DNA of 55,396 bases, from the NCBI GenBank assembly GCA_021810605.1, contig JAJZIL010000005.1, positions 1 through 55,396 on the forward strand, read 5' to 3'. This DNA comes from a bacterium. Its GTDB lineage: Bacteria; Patescibacteriota; Dojkabacteria; JAKAPS01; JAJZLI01. The position numbers and the translations under genes are program-made. The notes beneath the pieces are model-generated. The model saw nothing but the letters and a program-made list of their open reading frames with translations. It was not told where the DNA came from and did not search any database. This document shows positions 1 through 10,703 of the stretch, piece after piece. How positions within the stretch are numbered: position 1 is the stretch's first letter; the number at the start of each line of letters is the position of its first letter.

Positions 1-504
1 ATCTTTAGAAAAGAAGGTTTTGACATTGGAGAGAATGTTTTTTTAGATCATACAGAAATAGAAGAGATTTATCCTGAATTTTTAAAAATTGAAGATAATG
101 TCACGATTGCATATGGTACTAGGATACTTGTACATGATAGTTCTATGAATAATCTTTTTTCAGATCCTATTAGATTTGGTAAAGTTATAATCAAAGAAGG
201 TGCATATATAGGTGCAAAATGTATAATAATGCCTGGGGTTACAATAGGTAAAGGTTCAGTAGTAGGTGCTGGATCGTTAGTTACAAAAAATGTTAAGAAT
301 AATACTATAGTGATGGGTTCTCCAGCTAAAGAGTATATGTCTACTAGAGAATATAGAAAGAAATTTTTAAAGAATATGAAGAATGATAAATATTATTATT
401 GGGATATAGAACCTTTCATGAAAAGATTAAAAAATGAAAATTGGGCTCTTTTAGAAAAAGAGTCATACATAAAATTCATAAAAAAAAATAAATTAAATAA
501 GTGA
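1..504 (+). CDS. Hexapeptide-repeat (left-handed beta-helix) acyltransferase, 5'-truncated by window edge
   Basis: Frame is open from base 1 (IFRKEGFDIGENVFLDHTEIEEIYPEFLKIEDNVTIAYGTRILVHD) into IGAKCIIMPGVTIGKGSVVGAGSLVTK hexapeptide repeats. Confidence 0.85.
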   Translation: MFRKEGFDIGENVFLDHTEIEEIYPEFLKIEDNVTIAYGTRILVHDSSMNNLFSDPIRFGKVIIKEGAYIGAKCIIMPGVTIGKGSVVGAGSLVTKNVKNNTIVMGSPAKEYMSTREYRKKFLKNMKNDKYYYWDIEPFMKRLKNENWALLEKESYIKFIKKNKLNK

Positions 505-1587
505 TATCCAGATTGATATTAATGCAAGTACAAATGAGAATAACCAAAATCTCATTACTATCTTCTCTTCAGACCATCCGAGCATTTCAAGATGATGATG
601 TAATGGAGCCATTAGAAAAAATTTTCTTTTCAGATATTTTTTCCCCAATTTTTGAATTATTACTGAGAGAGTTTCTACTACAAAGATTCCTCCTACTATT
701 ATAAGTATAATTTCCTTTTGGAGAATAATTGATATAACTGCAAGAAGAGATCCTAATCCAAGTGTTCCAATATCACCTATCTGTACTCTAGCAGGTTTTA
801 TATTAAAATACATATATGTTATAAGAGCTCCTGTTATAGTAGCAGACAGAATTGCTATACTTTCATTGTGATCAATTAGTGCAATACTCATAAAAGTAAT
901 AAATGATGCAATCATTACACCTGAGGATAGTCCATCAAGCCCATCGGTTATATTTACTGCATTAGCAGTAGATATAATCATAAGGAAGATTAGAGGTATA
1001 ATCCAATATCCTATATTGATATATATATTGCTCCATATCCAAATACTATGAATATGTAGATAGAAGAAAATATAGTAAGAAACTATTGCACCTTCAATAA
1101 TTTGTATAAGTATTCTTTCATGTGGGTATAGTCCAGTTCCATACCTAGATCCAATTGAGTTAAATAATCCTTTATATAGTGCCCAAGGTAGAGTTATAGT
1201 ATAGAGTATTCTTTGTGATATTTTTTTATGGTGAAATGCTAGTTTAAAGTGATGTTTAAAACTTCTAAAGACTCTTTTTTTCTTTCCAAATATATTTAGA
1301 AGATCGTCAATTGCTCCTAGTATTGATCCAATTAAAAATATTATAATAGGTATTTGGGTGTATTTATTCCAATTAAAAAGTATTGTTATTATAACAACTG
1401 ATATCAGTATTATTATTCCACCCATCATAGGAGTTCCTATTTTTGATTTTCTTTGTTTAATTTTAAGAGAATCATCTGCTGCTCTTCCTCTTACAACCTT
1501 AAATTGATATAAAAGATCAATTATAAAAGGAGCTACTAGTATTGATACTAGTATAGAAAGTATTAAAAATGTAAATGCTGCTAACAT
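493..1587 (-). CDS. mraY: Phospho-N-acetylmuramoyl-pentapeptide transferase
   Basis: GTPMMGG, GAIDD, NAVNITDGLDGL, IGDIGTLGLG, MAPLHHHLE motifs; multiple TM helices. Confidence 0.96.
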   Translation of the reverse strand: MLAAFTFLILSILVSILVAPFIIDLLYQFKVVRGRAADDSLKIKQRKSKIGTPMMGGIIILISVVIITILFNWNKYTQIPIIIFLIGSILGAIDDLLNIFGKKKRVFRSFKHHFKLAFHHKKISQRILYTITLPWALYKGLFNSIGSRYGTGLYPHERILIQIIEGAIVSYYIFFYLHIHSIWIWSNIYINIGYWIIPLIFLMIISTANAVNITDGLDGLSSGVMIASFITFMSIALIDHNESIAILSATITGALITYMYFNIKPARVQIGDIGTLGLGSLLAVISIILQKEIILIIVGGIFVVETLSVIIQKLGKKYLKRKFFLMAPLHHHLEMLGWSEEKIVMRFWLFSFVLALISIWISLI

Positions 1588-1594
1588 AATTTTA

Positions 1595-2302
1595 TTAAAG
1601 TAATTTTAGTCTTCTAACACCGTTCGAATTTATCTTCTTTTTATATAGGTATATAGGTTGATATTCTGCTCCTTTGATTTTTTGCCATTCTTGATCTTGT
1701 AATCCTTTATTCTCATTCTTAACTATTATGTAAGATTCACATACTCCTATATTTTCAGTTGATTGCCAATAAGTTATTTTAGATAATACCCCTTTATTAT
1801 AATTTAACTGAGATATTATAGCTACATGCTTTCCTCCATTCATTCTGATAAGATCTCCAGGTTTAATATCTTTTACTTTACTTATAGATATACTATTATC
1901 TTCATTAGTTAGTGTATCTGCATTCATTTTTGAACTAACTGGTCTTATCTTGTGAGAATAAAATATTTTAATAGGGTTTTTAGTTCTTTTAACTATTATT
2001 TCCCATATATTTTTATCTCTTTTTTTTAAAGCTATTATATTCAATATATGAGTGACAAACCCTGAACAATCAATGCCTACTTTTTTTTCTTCCAAAAACT
2101 TATATCTATTTTTACCTTTTATAAGTTTATTGTTATTATTATCTTTGATGAATTTGTCAATCTCGTCTGGAGATCCCTTTCCTAAATTAACACTACTTAA
2201 AAATTTATTCTTACTTCTATTTATATAGTAAGGTGTATTTTCATATCTCTGATATAAATCAAAGCATTCTTTAGGAAGTTTTTTAACCTTTGAATCATTC
2301 AT
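1595..2302 (-). CDS. NlpC/P60-like cysteine peptidase
   Basis: GIDCSGFV catalytic Cys motif; KPGDLI...HVAI His motif. Confidence 0.75.
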   Translation of the reverse strand: MNDSKVKKLPKECFDLYQRYENTPYYINRSKNKFLSSVNLGKGSPDEIDKFIKDNNNNKLIKGKNRYKFLEEKKVGIDCSGFVTHILNIIALKKRDKNIWEIIVKRTKNPIKIFYSHKIRPVSSKMNADTLTNEDNSISISKVKDIKPGDLIRMNGGKHVAIISQLNYNKGVLSKITYWQSTENIGVCESYIIVKNENKGLQDQEWQKIKGAEYQPIYLYKKKINSNGVRRLKLL

Positions 2303-2357
2303 ATAAGAGAATATTATAAGACTATAGATCTATTTTGTCAATATTGGAGTATTTTTA

Positions 2358-3491
2358 TTATAAATTCCAAAGTGGACTATCAATATTTTTTATAAATTTA
2401 TTTTTTTCTTTAAAATCTAGGACTGCATTTTCTATAACAATATCAATTATTTCTCTGAATTGTATCCCTTTGGATTCCCAAAGATAGAAAGATAGTGATC
2501 CTGGAATAGTATTTATTTCAATGGTGTAGAATTTATTATTTACTGTATCAACTAGATAATCTATTCTAACAAGACTTTGAGATCTTAGAGAGGTATATAC
2601 TTTTCTAGATACATCTTTTATTTTTTTATCTAAATCATTATTTATTTTCGCAGGAATGATTTTTTTTGAATTAGCCATTCCTTGAGTTTTGGATTTAGAT
2701 TTATCTCCTGAAAGGTATTTATCATTATATGAATACACAATATTAATATCTTTCTCTATTTGCTCAGATAATGAAAATACTATATCTCCTTTATCTCTTA
2801 TAATAGAATAAGTTATCTCCATTAAATTTTCCTTAAATTCCTCTATTATTATAAATTCATCATAGAGTATATCTGAGTCGATAATATCTTTAAGTTCATT
2901 AACATTATTTACTCTTTTTACTCCAATACTAGATCCAAGAGATGATGGTTTTACTATTAGTGGATATTTTGAAAACTTATTAATCTTTTTTATACAATTA
3001 TTATTATTTTCCTCCCAATCTTTCTTTGTTATATACATCCAAGGAACTATTGGAATATCATTTTTTTCAAATATATACTTCATTACAATCTTATCCATAC
3101 CATATACTCCACTTCTTACACTCGGACCTGTATAAGGTATCTTTAAAGTTTCTAAGAAACCTTGGATTTCTCCTCCTTCTCCTTCTCCTCCATGAAATGT
3201 TAAAAATGCTGCATATATATCAGTTAGATTATTGAATCCTCCTAATTTGAATCCAACTTTTCCATTTTCTATTGTAATTTTTATATCTATTTTTTTTAAT
3301 TGTATAAAATCTTTAAATGTATCAAAAGTTTTAAATTCTGGAATATATTTAAATTTATGATCTTTATCAAGATATATAGGGTAGACTTTATATTTATCTA
3401 AATTAAATTTGGATAGAACTTGCTTTGCTGTAATTATTGAGATTTCATGTTCCGGAGATTCTCCTCCAAAAAGTAGTAAAATATTTTTCAT
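2358..3491 (-). CDS. ddl: D-alanine--D-alanine ligase
   Basis: LFGGESPEHEIS, FHGGEGEGG, MDK, VKPSSLGSSIG, EINTIPG motifs. Confidence 0.96.
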   Translation of the reverse strand: MKNILLLFGGESPEHEISIITAKQVLSKFNLDKYKVYPIYLDKDHKFKYIPEFKTFDTFKDFIQLKKIDIKITIENGKVGFKLGGFNNLTDIYAAFLTFHGGEGEGGEIQGFLETLKIPYTGPSVRSGVYGMDKIVMKYIFEKNDIPIVPWMYITKKDWEENNNNCIKKINKFSKYPLIVKPSSLGSSIGVKRVNNVNELKDIIDSDILYDEFIIIEEFKENLMEITYSIIRDKGDIVFSLSEQIEKDINIVYSYNDKYLSGDKSKSKTQGMANSKKIIPAKINNDLDKKIKDVSRKVYTSLRSQSLVRIDYLVDTVNNKFYTIEINTIPGSLSFYLWESKGIQFREIIDIVIENAVLDFKEKNKFIKNIDSPLWNL

Positions 3492-3494
3492 TTT

Positions 3495-4907
3495 TTAACT
3501 TTTAAAATAATATTGATCAGTTATTTCATTTTGCATAAGTATACAATCTCCTTTTTTAAAATCTTTTTTATATTTTTCAAAATCCATATAGTTTTCTATC
3601 TCTACTGCTTTATCTAAGACTTTTATACCATTTTTAATATATTTTTTAAATGGGGTATTAAATATATATACACCATCTATTATTTTTGATAGAAACTTTC
3701 CATATTCAGTATTTACTTTTTCACTCTCTTTTCCTCTTTCAACAATTCCACCTGTAACTACAAATATTCTCTTTACAATACCTTTCTTTTTTAGATCATA
3801 TATAAAATTTATATCTGATTTTGCACTCTCTTCTCCTATATTGTATGTATCATCAATATATAGAACATCATTTATATATATTGGGTACATTCTTCTATCA
3901 GTAGGTTTAATAATATTAATTTTCCCTTGTATATTTGTTATGTTAAATAGTTCTGCAGTTTTTATTGCAAGAGTTAGGTTTGAGATCATTGAATATCCTA
4001 ATAAAGTGGTATGAAACATATCTTCTGAAAAATTTGTTTTAAAATATGTAACTCCACCTTCAATTTTATCTATCTTGTATGATGTTGTTATATATTCTTT
4101 ATTTTCATCAAATTTTATATCTATATCATATTGTTCAAAAGGTATATTATATATATCTTTTGGTGCTATTATCTTTGCATTTTTTTTTGCAAAATCTACT
4201 ACTTCAATTCCAGCTTTTATTATATTAGTAGTACTTTTAAATCTTTCTAAATGTTGTGTTCCAAAAGATGTAATAATAGATATATCAGATGGAAAGTTTT
4301 TCATAACCTCTTTTATCTCACCTACCTTATATGCACCTATCTCAAGTAATAATATTTCAGTATTGCTATCCATATTATTATTAATACTTTGAGATATTCC
4401 AAGAATTGTATTAATACTTTTTCCTGGAGTAAAGACTTTATAATCAAAAGATAGTAATGTTTTTATAAAATTTACTGTACTAGTTTTTCCATAACTTCCT
4501 ATTACTGCAATTACTTTCAAATTGGGTACTGTGGATACTTTCTTTTTAGCTTTCCTTATTTGAGAATTTTTTATTGTGTATTCAACAGGATATATTAGTA
4601 GTGTTGTAAAGTAGATGAAAAATGGTGTTAGTATTTCATAAATTAGTATAAGAATTACTACAAAGAGTATTAACTTATCTATTATATTTAGATTAATATA
4701 AAAACTTATTTCAATAGAACTAAAAATTTCAAGTATTAATGTTAATATAAGTAATATTTTTATTTTTGGTGTATATACTAATTTATCTTTATATTGAAAT
4801 TTATTTGTATGAATTTGAGGTCGTATTGAATATTTAGAAAAGCTATTTAAATCATATTCAAATGTTTGGAGTATATAAAGAAGTTTGATTATATATTTAT
4901 TATTCAT
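3495..4907 (-). CDS. murF: UDP-N-acetylmuramoyl-tripeptide--D-Ala-D-Ala ligase with N-terminal membrane segments
   Basis: GSYGKTS P-loop, LEIGAY, QHLERF, IDDTYN; adjacent to ddl. Confidence 0.88.
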   Translation of the reverse strand: MNNKYIIKLLYILQTFEYDLNSFSKYSIRPQIHTNKFQYKDKLVYTPKIKILLILTLILEIFSSIEISFYINLNIIDKLILFVVILILIYEILTPFFIYFTTLLIYPVEYTIKNSQIRKAKKKVSTVPNLKVIAVIGSYGKTSTVNFIKTLLSFDYKVFTPGKSINTILGISQSINNNMDSNTEILLLEIGAYKVGEIKEVMKNFPSDISIITSFGTQHLERFKSTTNIIKAGIEVVDFAKKNAKIIAPKDIYNIPFEQYDIDIKFDENKEYITTSYKIDKIEGGVTYFKTNFSEDMFHTTLLGYSMISNLTLAIKTAELFNITNIQGKINIIKPTDRRMYPIYINDVLYIDDTYNIGEESAKSDINFIYDLKKKGIVKRIFVVTGGIVERGKESEKVNTEYGKFLSKIIDGVYIFNTPFKKYIKNGIKVLDKAVEIENYMDFEKYKKDFKKGDCILMQNEITDQYYFKS

Positions 4908-5634
4908 TCTTATCTAGAAAATTTTTTACTACTCCGGCAAATAGATTTGGATTTTCAATATGAGCAAAATGAGTATATCCATTAAGTATACATAACTCTG
5001 ATCCACGTATATTTTTATTTAATATATCTGCTTTTTCTATTTCTAGTTCACTATCTTTATCTCCCCATATAATGAGTGTTTCACAGTCTATTTTTTTAAG
5101 GATTGGAAGTACATTATAATTTATAGCTTTCAAAAAAACTTCTCTGAGCTCTCCTGCTTCTTTATAATCTCTACTTTGTGCATTCTCTCTTATCTTTTTT
5201 GGAATAATTTTTTTTGGTATTTTTTCAGATATATATTTTTTTAATTTTCCTTTATCTGAAATTATTCCAGCAGATGAGAAAAGTATTAGAGATTTAATCT
5301 TTATATTTTCAGAAGATGTCATTTTGATAGCTATTCTTCCTCCTGCTGAATGAGCTAATATATTTATTGAATTTAAGTGAAGTCTTTTTAGAAATTTTTC
5401 TAGATATTGAGCATAATCATCTACTCCAAATGATAGAAATTTTGGATTTTTACTATCTCCAAAATTAGGTAAATCTGGACAGATGACTCTATAGTCATTT
5501 TTAAGTATATCTATTATATCAATCCAACTTTCTTTATTTTGTTTCCACCCGTGTAAAATAACAAGTGGTGTTTTAGAATGATCCTCTAGAGTATCAATAT
5601 ATGATATATTTTCTTTTTTATAAACATTATTCAT
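4900..5634 (-). CDS. Alpha/beta hydrolase
   Basis: LHGW, DLPNFGDS, AHSAGG nucleophile elbow, WGDKD, C-terminal His. Confidence 0.9.
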   Translation of the reverse strand: MNNVYKKENISYIDTLEDHSKTPLVILHGWKQNKESWIDIIDILKNDYRVICPDLPNFGDSKNPKFLSFGVDDYAQYLEKFLKRLHLNSINILAHSAGGRIAIKMTSSENIKIKSLILFSSAGIISDKGKLKKYISEKIPKKIIPKKIRENAQSRDYKEAGELREVFLKAINYNVLPILKKIDCETLIIWGDKDSELEIEKADILNKNIRGSELCILNGYTHFAHIENPNLFAGVVKNFLDKNE

Positions 5635-5941
5635 ATGTGTTAGTATAGGTTTATATCACATTTTATACCTTATATTAGTATATTATCAAGTTTTATATGA
5701 TTTTTATTATAAAATATTCAATTTATATATTCTATATATTACATGATTTGAGTTATATTGATAAGATAATTTATAACAGATCTTATATTAATAGTATTAA
5801 TTTATAATAATCATTTAGTATGAAAGATTTGAATTTTAATGCCACAATATCTTTGGTGGTTCTAATCAAGGATCTATTTTATATGTAATGTATAGATGGT
5901 AGAAAAATATGTTAATTTGATATAGAATACTCTTAGAAATT

Positions 5942-6817
5942 ATGAAAAGAGTAATACTGTTTTATAAATATATACATATAGCACATCCTCTAGCTTTGAG
6001 GAGTAGTCAGATGAAATTAGCTAAAAGATTATCTTTAAAGGGGAGGGTTATTATATCTTCTGAAGGGTTGAATGCTACTCTTTCTGGAGAGGATAAAGAT
6101 ATTGAAGAGTATAAAAGAGAATTAACTTTAAATGAGAATTTTTCAGATATTATTTTTAAAGAAGCAAGTGTAAAGGAAGATGTCTTTCCAAAGTTATCGA
6201 TAAAGGTGAGAAAGGAGATTGTATCTCTAAATCAAAATTTAGATATAGTTTCAGGAAAGAATAAAAAAGGTCAATATATATCTCCAGATGATTTTCATAA
6301 TATAATACAGAATAATGATGAAGAGGTTTTAATAGTTGATGCTAGAAATAATTATGAATCAGCAATAGGACGGTTCAAAAAAGCTATTACTCCAGATATA
6401 GATAATTTTAGGGATTTCCCAAAATTTATAAATGATATTAAAAAGTATAGAGATAAAAAAATTGTGATGTATTGTACTGGTGGAGTAAGATGTGAAAAAG
6501 CATCTTCTCTACTTATAAAAAAGGGTTTTAAGAATGTATACCAGCTTAAAGAAGGGATTTTAAATTATGCAAAATATTATCCAGAAGATTTTGAGGGAAA
6601 ATGTTATGTCTTTGATTCTAGAATTGCTGTATATTTAGATAATAAAAATAGAACTATAATCTCTAAATGTAAGCATTGTGGCGAGGATTCAGATATATAC
6701 ATAAACTGTGCTAATAAGAAATGTAATTTACAATTTATATGCTGTAATAAATGTGAAAAAAAGTTTAAACATTCATGCTCAAATAGATGTATGGAGATAA
6801 TTTCTGTAAAAGCTTAA
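5942..6817 (+). CDS. trhO: Oxygen-dependent tRNA U34 hydroxylase (YceA/TrhO rhodanese family)
   Basis: LFYKY, EGLNATLSG, DARNNYE, YCTGGVRCEKAS, GKCYVFD and C-terminal Cys cluster. Confidence 0.92.
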   Translation: MKRVILFYKYIHIAHPLALRSSQMKLAKRLSLKGRVIISSEGLNATLSGEDKDIEEYKRELTLNENFSDIIFKEASVKEDVFPKLSIKVRKEIVSLNQNLDIVSGKNKKGQYISPDDFHNIIQNNDEEVLIVDARNNYESAIGRFKKAITPDIDNFRDFPKFINDIKKYRDKKIVMYCTGGVRCEKASSLLIKKGFKNVYQLKEGILNYAKYYPEDFEGKCYVFDSRIAVYLDNKNRTIISKCKHCGEDSDIYINCANKKCNLQFICCNKCEKKFKHSCSNRCMEIISVKA

Positions 6818-6819
6818 TT

Positions 6820-7131
6820 TTATATTCTTGTATTTCTTATTCTTTCTTCTTCTCTTTGTGAAAAATAGAAAATTATTTCTATAATTATAAATCCTGCAAT
6901 TGTATATAGTACTAATGCTGTAATTGAATTTAAAGAGATTATAAATCTTCCATAAGTAAGATTTTTAAAAAGTCCTGAAAAAGGTGAATATAGTGGATTT
7001 GAGAATCCATATATAAATTTAGCGATTCCATTATCTGGATTTGCTCCGAACATTTTAAATAGAACTCTTAATACTAGAAGAGTCTCTATTACTGAAAATA
7101 CTATATATACTGTTTTTTCGGCTATTTTCAT
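6820..7131 (-). CDS. YggT-family small membrane protein
   Basis: LLVLRVLFKMFGAN...FIYGFSNPLYSPF pattern, two hydrophobic segments. Confidence 0.75.
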   Translation of the reverse strand: MKIAEKTVYIVFSVIETLLVLRVLFKMFGANPDNGIAKFIYGFSNPLYSPFSGLFKNLTYGRFIISLNSITALVLYTIAGFIIIEIIFYFSQREEERIRNTRI

Positions 7132-7170
7132 TATATTAATAATACTAATCTATAATTAAAGTACTATTAA

Positions 7171-8469
7171 CTATTTAAAGATATAGAAATTCCCATTTCC
7201 TGTAGTAACATAAAATTCACCACTATAAAAGCTTAGTCCTGAAGCCAATTCGGGACCACCAAGGGTTCTTTTTGCAACAAATTTACCATTTTTTATATTT
7301 AGTACATAAATATTTCCATCAACTGTAATTGAATATATTAGGTTTTTTATAACTATAAATGGTGAGTTTACCATTCCATTAACTTTGAAGTCCCAAAGGA
7401 TTTTTTTTGTATCTATATTTACTGCAAATATTTTTCTTGTTGTATTTGATGAAGTATAGAGTATATTTCCTACAATAGTTGATACACTACCTTCCATTGG
7501 ATCAGAAGGAAGGTTTATTACTCCATTTCCCTCATTAATACTCCATATAATCTGTCCATTTGATGCATTTATTTTATATAGATATTCATTTCCTTTATTC
7601 TTAGAATAATTTGTAAGAGATGTTGAATTAGTATATATGTAACCTTGAGAATATGTAGGAGTAGTATCATCTAGAGCTCCAGTGATTTTTGGAAAACTAT
7701 CTTCCCATGCAATTTTTTTAGTTTTTATATTAATATCAAAAAATTTATATGGTAGAGCTCCTCCAAAATATACATTATTCCCAATTAGTACAGGAGAAGA
7801 CATTGAAACAATTGATCCTATGTTTATTGACCAAAGTTTTTTCCCATTAGATGAGTTCAGTGCATAAAATTCTCTATTACCATTGGCAAAATACAATACT
7901 CCATCATTATATATTGGTGTAGGCATATCTTCTCCAAGAGTTTTATATTTCCAAATAATTTTTCCTGTTTCTAAGTTAATTCCATAGATATAATTATTCC
8001 CAGTTCCTCTATATAATACTTTAGTATTATTTATATTTGAATAATTAATACTATTTCCCGATCCTACAAAGACCATATCTTTTGAAGGAACTACTACAGG
8101 ATTAGTCATTATCCAATTTGAAAAATTATCATTCCAAAGTATATTTCCAGAAATTCTTTTTATAGCATAAAGAGACCCACCCATATCTGATTTATTCATT
8201 GTTCCTACAAAGATAATATCTCCAGATACAATAGGAGTTGTATCAAAACCTAATGCATTTATATTTTTTTCTAGTATAACTTTAGATATTAAAGTTTTTT
8301 CTGATCCATTAGTAATATTATTATCTTTCCCATTATTTGAATATTGGTTATAGCTGTTATAGTAATATGTTGTATCAGGTTTAACAGTATTAGTATTTAG
8401 ATTTACTATTACTGCAATAACAATTAAAACTAGAGCAAAAAAATAAAATATATACAATTTCTTGTTCAT
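7171..8469 (-). CDS. Membrane-anchored PQQ-type beta-propeller protein, resembling the tetrathionate hydrolase (TetH) family
   Basis: N-terminal TM; repeated A(L/I)N..(T/N)G..IW blades; WIMTNP, RGTGNNYIY, GEDMPTP, SMSSP motifs. Confidence 0.75.
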   Translation of the reverse strand: MNKKLYIFYFFALVLIVIAVIVNLNTNTVKPDTTYYYNSYNQYSNNGKDNNITNGSEKTLISKVILEKNINALGFDTTPIVSGDIIFVGTMNKSDMGGSLYAIKRISGNILWNDNFSNWIMTNPVVVPSKDMVFVGSGNSINYSNINNTKVLYRGTGNNYIYGINLETGKIIWKYKTLGEDMPTPIYNDGVLYFANGNREFYALNSSNGKKLWSINIGSIVSMSSPVLIGNNVYFGGALPYKFFDINIKTKKIAWEDSFPKITGALDDTTPTYSQGYIYTNSTSLTNYSKNKGNEYLYKINASNGQIIWSINEGNGVINLPSDPMEGSVSTIVGNILYTSSNTTRKIFAVNIDTKKILWDFKVNGMVNSPFIVIKNLIYSITVDGNIYVLNIKNGKFVAKRTLGGPELASGLSFYSGEFYVTTGNGNFYIFK

Positions 8470-8514
8470 AACTATATTTTCTAATAATGGTATTATATAT
8501 CTATTATATCTAAT

Positions 8515-9786
8515 TTACAATGATTTTAGTACTGCATTTATTATAATATCAGTGATTTTTTCTCTACTTTGTATTTTTGCTATTTCTAAATTAGTATTTA
8601 TCTCCCCTAGAGACGTTAATATAAGATATTGGTTATTAGATAAATAATCGATATCATATCCATCTTTAATTTTTTCTAAATTTTTTGAATATATTCCATT
8701 AAAGATATTCTTAGGCTGTATAGAATGATTACGAGTATTTCTTATTATGATTTGTCTAAAGTTATAGTCATCATAAATTACATTATTTATTTTTTTCTCA
8801 TCTAAACTATATCTAATTTTTAAAAATTCTAATATATGTATAAGTTTAAATGGCATAATTCCCTGCTCTATTTGTATTTTAGAGTATGTTGGAATGGATG
8901 CATTTTCTCTTGCATTTATTTCAATTAGAAATATATTTTCTGAATCAAATACAAAATCTGCTCCAAACATACCAATATATCCATCTGATCTCATTTTTTC
9001 TCCAATATATTTCATTTTTATTATGAATTGTTCTTTTTCTTTTATACTAAGATTAGTAATCCAATCATTTCCTACACTACCTCCTTTATAGTTTGTAAGT
9101 CCTTTTATTCCAGTAATTTGTTTAGATAAATTTCCTATAAGTATACTATCTTTTGTTATAATACCATTTACAGTATAGTACTCTCCTTCTATTTTCTTTA
9201 CAGCTTTTGCAATTCTTAATGGGTATTCTCTTTTGATATCTTCGAATTCATCATTATTATTTATAAAAAAAGTTGTATTACCACTCTGTCCTCTAGAAAA
9301 TTGTATGACAAATTGATCTCCTAGTTTATTTGAAATATCTCTATAGGAGTAATTATTAAGGTTAATCATTATTGTAGGTGGTACTATATCTTTAAATATT
9401 TCACTTACTGTAATCTTATTTTCATACTTTCTATTAAGTATAGATTGAGTATTTAATATGAGCTCATTTTTTAGTGTTATTTCTAAATTAGGCGCAATTT
9501 TAAAGAACATAAAGGATTTATTATCTAAATTTTCAAGATATTGTTTTACTTTTTCTTGCTGTAGTAGTTTATTAGAATTTCTGAAAATATTTATATTAGG
9601 ATTAATCTTTTTTAGTGAATAGTAGTGGTTTAGAAAATTTAAGATATATGAATCATCTATACATAGTGTATGAAAATTATCTACTATTTTTTCTATTCCT
9701 AAAGATCTTTCAGGGTCATTTGTTACATATATTATATTATTTTTTCCTATTAAATCGTTTATATTTTTCATATTCCTGTAAAACAT
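8515..9786 (-). CDS. ATP-grasp domain protein of unknown substrate
   Basis: ENK, GQSGNTTF, GMFGADF, LIEINAR ATP-grasp signature. Confidence 0.8.
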   Translation of the reverse strand: MFYRNMKNINDLIGKNNIIYVTNDPERSLGIEKIVDNFHTLCIDDSYILNFLNHYYSLKKINPNINIFRNSNKLLQQEKVKQYLENLDNKSFMFFKIAPNLEITLKNELILNTQSILNRKYENKITVSEIFKDIVPPTIMINLNNYSYRDISNKLGDQFVIQFSRGQSGNTTFFINNNDEFEDIKREYPLRIAKAVKKIEGEYYTVNGIITKDSILIGNLSKQITGIKGLTNYKGGSVGNDWITNLSIKEKEQFIIKMKYIGEKMRSDGYIGMFGADFVFDSENIFLIEINARENASIPTYSKIQIEQGIMPFKLIHILEFLKIRYSLDEKKINNVIYDDYNFRQIIIRNTRNHSIQPKNIFNGIYSKNLEKIKDGYDIDYLSNNQYLILTSLGEINTNLEIAKIQSREKITDIIINAVLKSL

Positions 9787-10703
9787 AAAATTACTTTCTT
9801 GAATTTATATCCATTTTTAATTGCTTTTATAAGTGCTGCTATAGTCATACTAGATTCAAAAGATGTGATTATTCCATTTTTTTCTAGAAGTTCATGATAT
9901 TTTTCTATTTCACTATTTTCAATAGTCCAACCCCATCCTTTAGATTTATTTACTATATCTTCAACTGTTTTTTTTCTTTCTGTTACTCTTGCAACGATAG
10001 AATCAGAAAGAGAAATTTTCTCTGATGTAAAATTATTATCAAATAGTTTTGATATAGTATTAATTTTAGAATTTTGAACTATGTTTATATGACATCCTGA
10101 ATTTATTTTTGAAGATAAGCCAACTAGTGTTGTTCCACTACTAACTGGTATAAAAAGAGCATCTGCTCTAATAAGTGATAATTCTTCACCTAAACTTTTA
10201 TATCCTTCAATTGCAATTTTAGATGAGGATCCTCTAAATAATTCTATGTTATTTTTTAAAGAATATTTAATTGAATCAGAAAGAGGTCTTTTTGATTCAA
10301 TAACTTTAATATGTGTATTATTTTGTAATGCTTTTTTCAGTCTCTCATTTTTTATATTTGATAAGTTATCAGATATAAAGAGATATACGGTTATATTAGT
10401 TAATTTAGAGTAATATGCAGCAGATATAGCTGTATTTCCAGATGAAGGAATTATTACTTCATTTATACCTTTAGTTTTAAGGTATGAGAAAAAAAAAGAA
10501 ATTGATCTATCTTTAGCTGATCCAGTAGGATTTTTATCTTCTCTTTTAGCATATATTGTAGGTATCCCTGTATCTATTTCTAAAAATTTTAATCTTTCTA
10601 TTGGTGTATTTCCTTCACCTAGTGTTATTTGATTGTGAGTGGATATTTTATAAGAGTAAATACTACTATATTCCCAGATACCTTTATTTTTAGATGTATT
10701 CAT
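9768..10703 (-). CDS. PLP-dependent fold-type II enzyme, threonine-synthase-like
   Basis: TLGEGNTP, NPTGSAKDR (PLP lysine), SSGNT, PVSSGTT. Confidence 0.85.
   Translation of the reverse strand: MNTSKNKGIWEYSSIYSYKISTHNQITLGEGNTPIERLKFLEIDTGIPTIYAKREDKNPTGSAKDRSISFFFSYLKTKGINEVIIPSSGNTAISAAYYSKLTNITVYLFISDNLSNIKNERLKKALQNNTHIKVIESKRPLSDSIKYSLKNNIELFRGSSSKIAIEGYKSLGEELSLIRADALFIPVSSGTTLVGLSSKINSGCHINIVQNSKINTISKLFDNNFTSEKISLSDSIVARVTERKKTVEDIVNKSKGWGWTIENSEIEKYHELLEKNGIITSFESSMTIAALIKAIKNGYKFKKVILCFTGI

Noticed and set aside
5635-5941. 307-nt intergenic region as ncRNA or small gene
   Set aside because: Extremely AT-rich, no stable structure or credible ORF; consistent with divergent promoters
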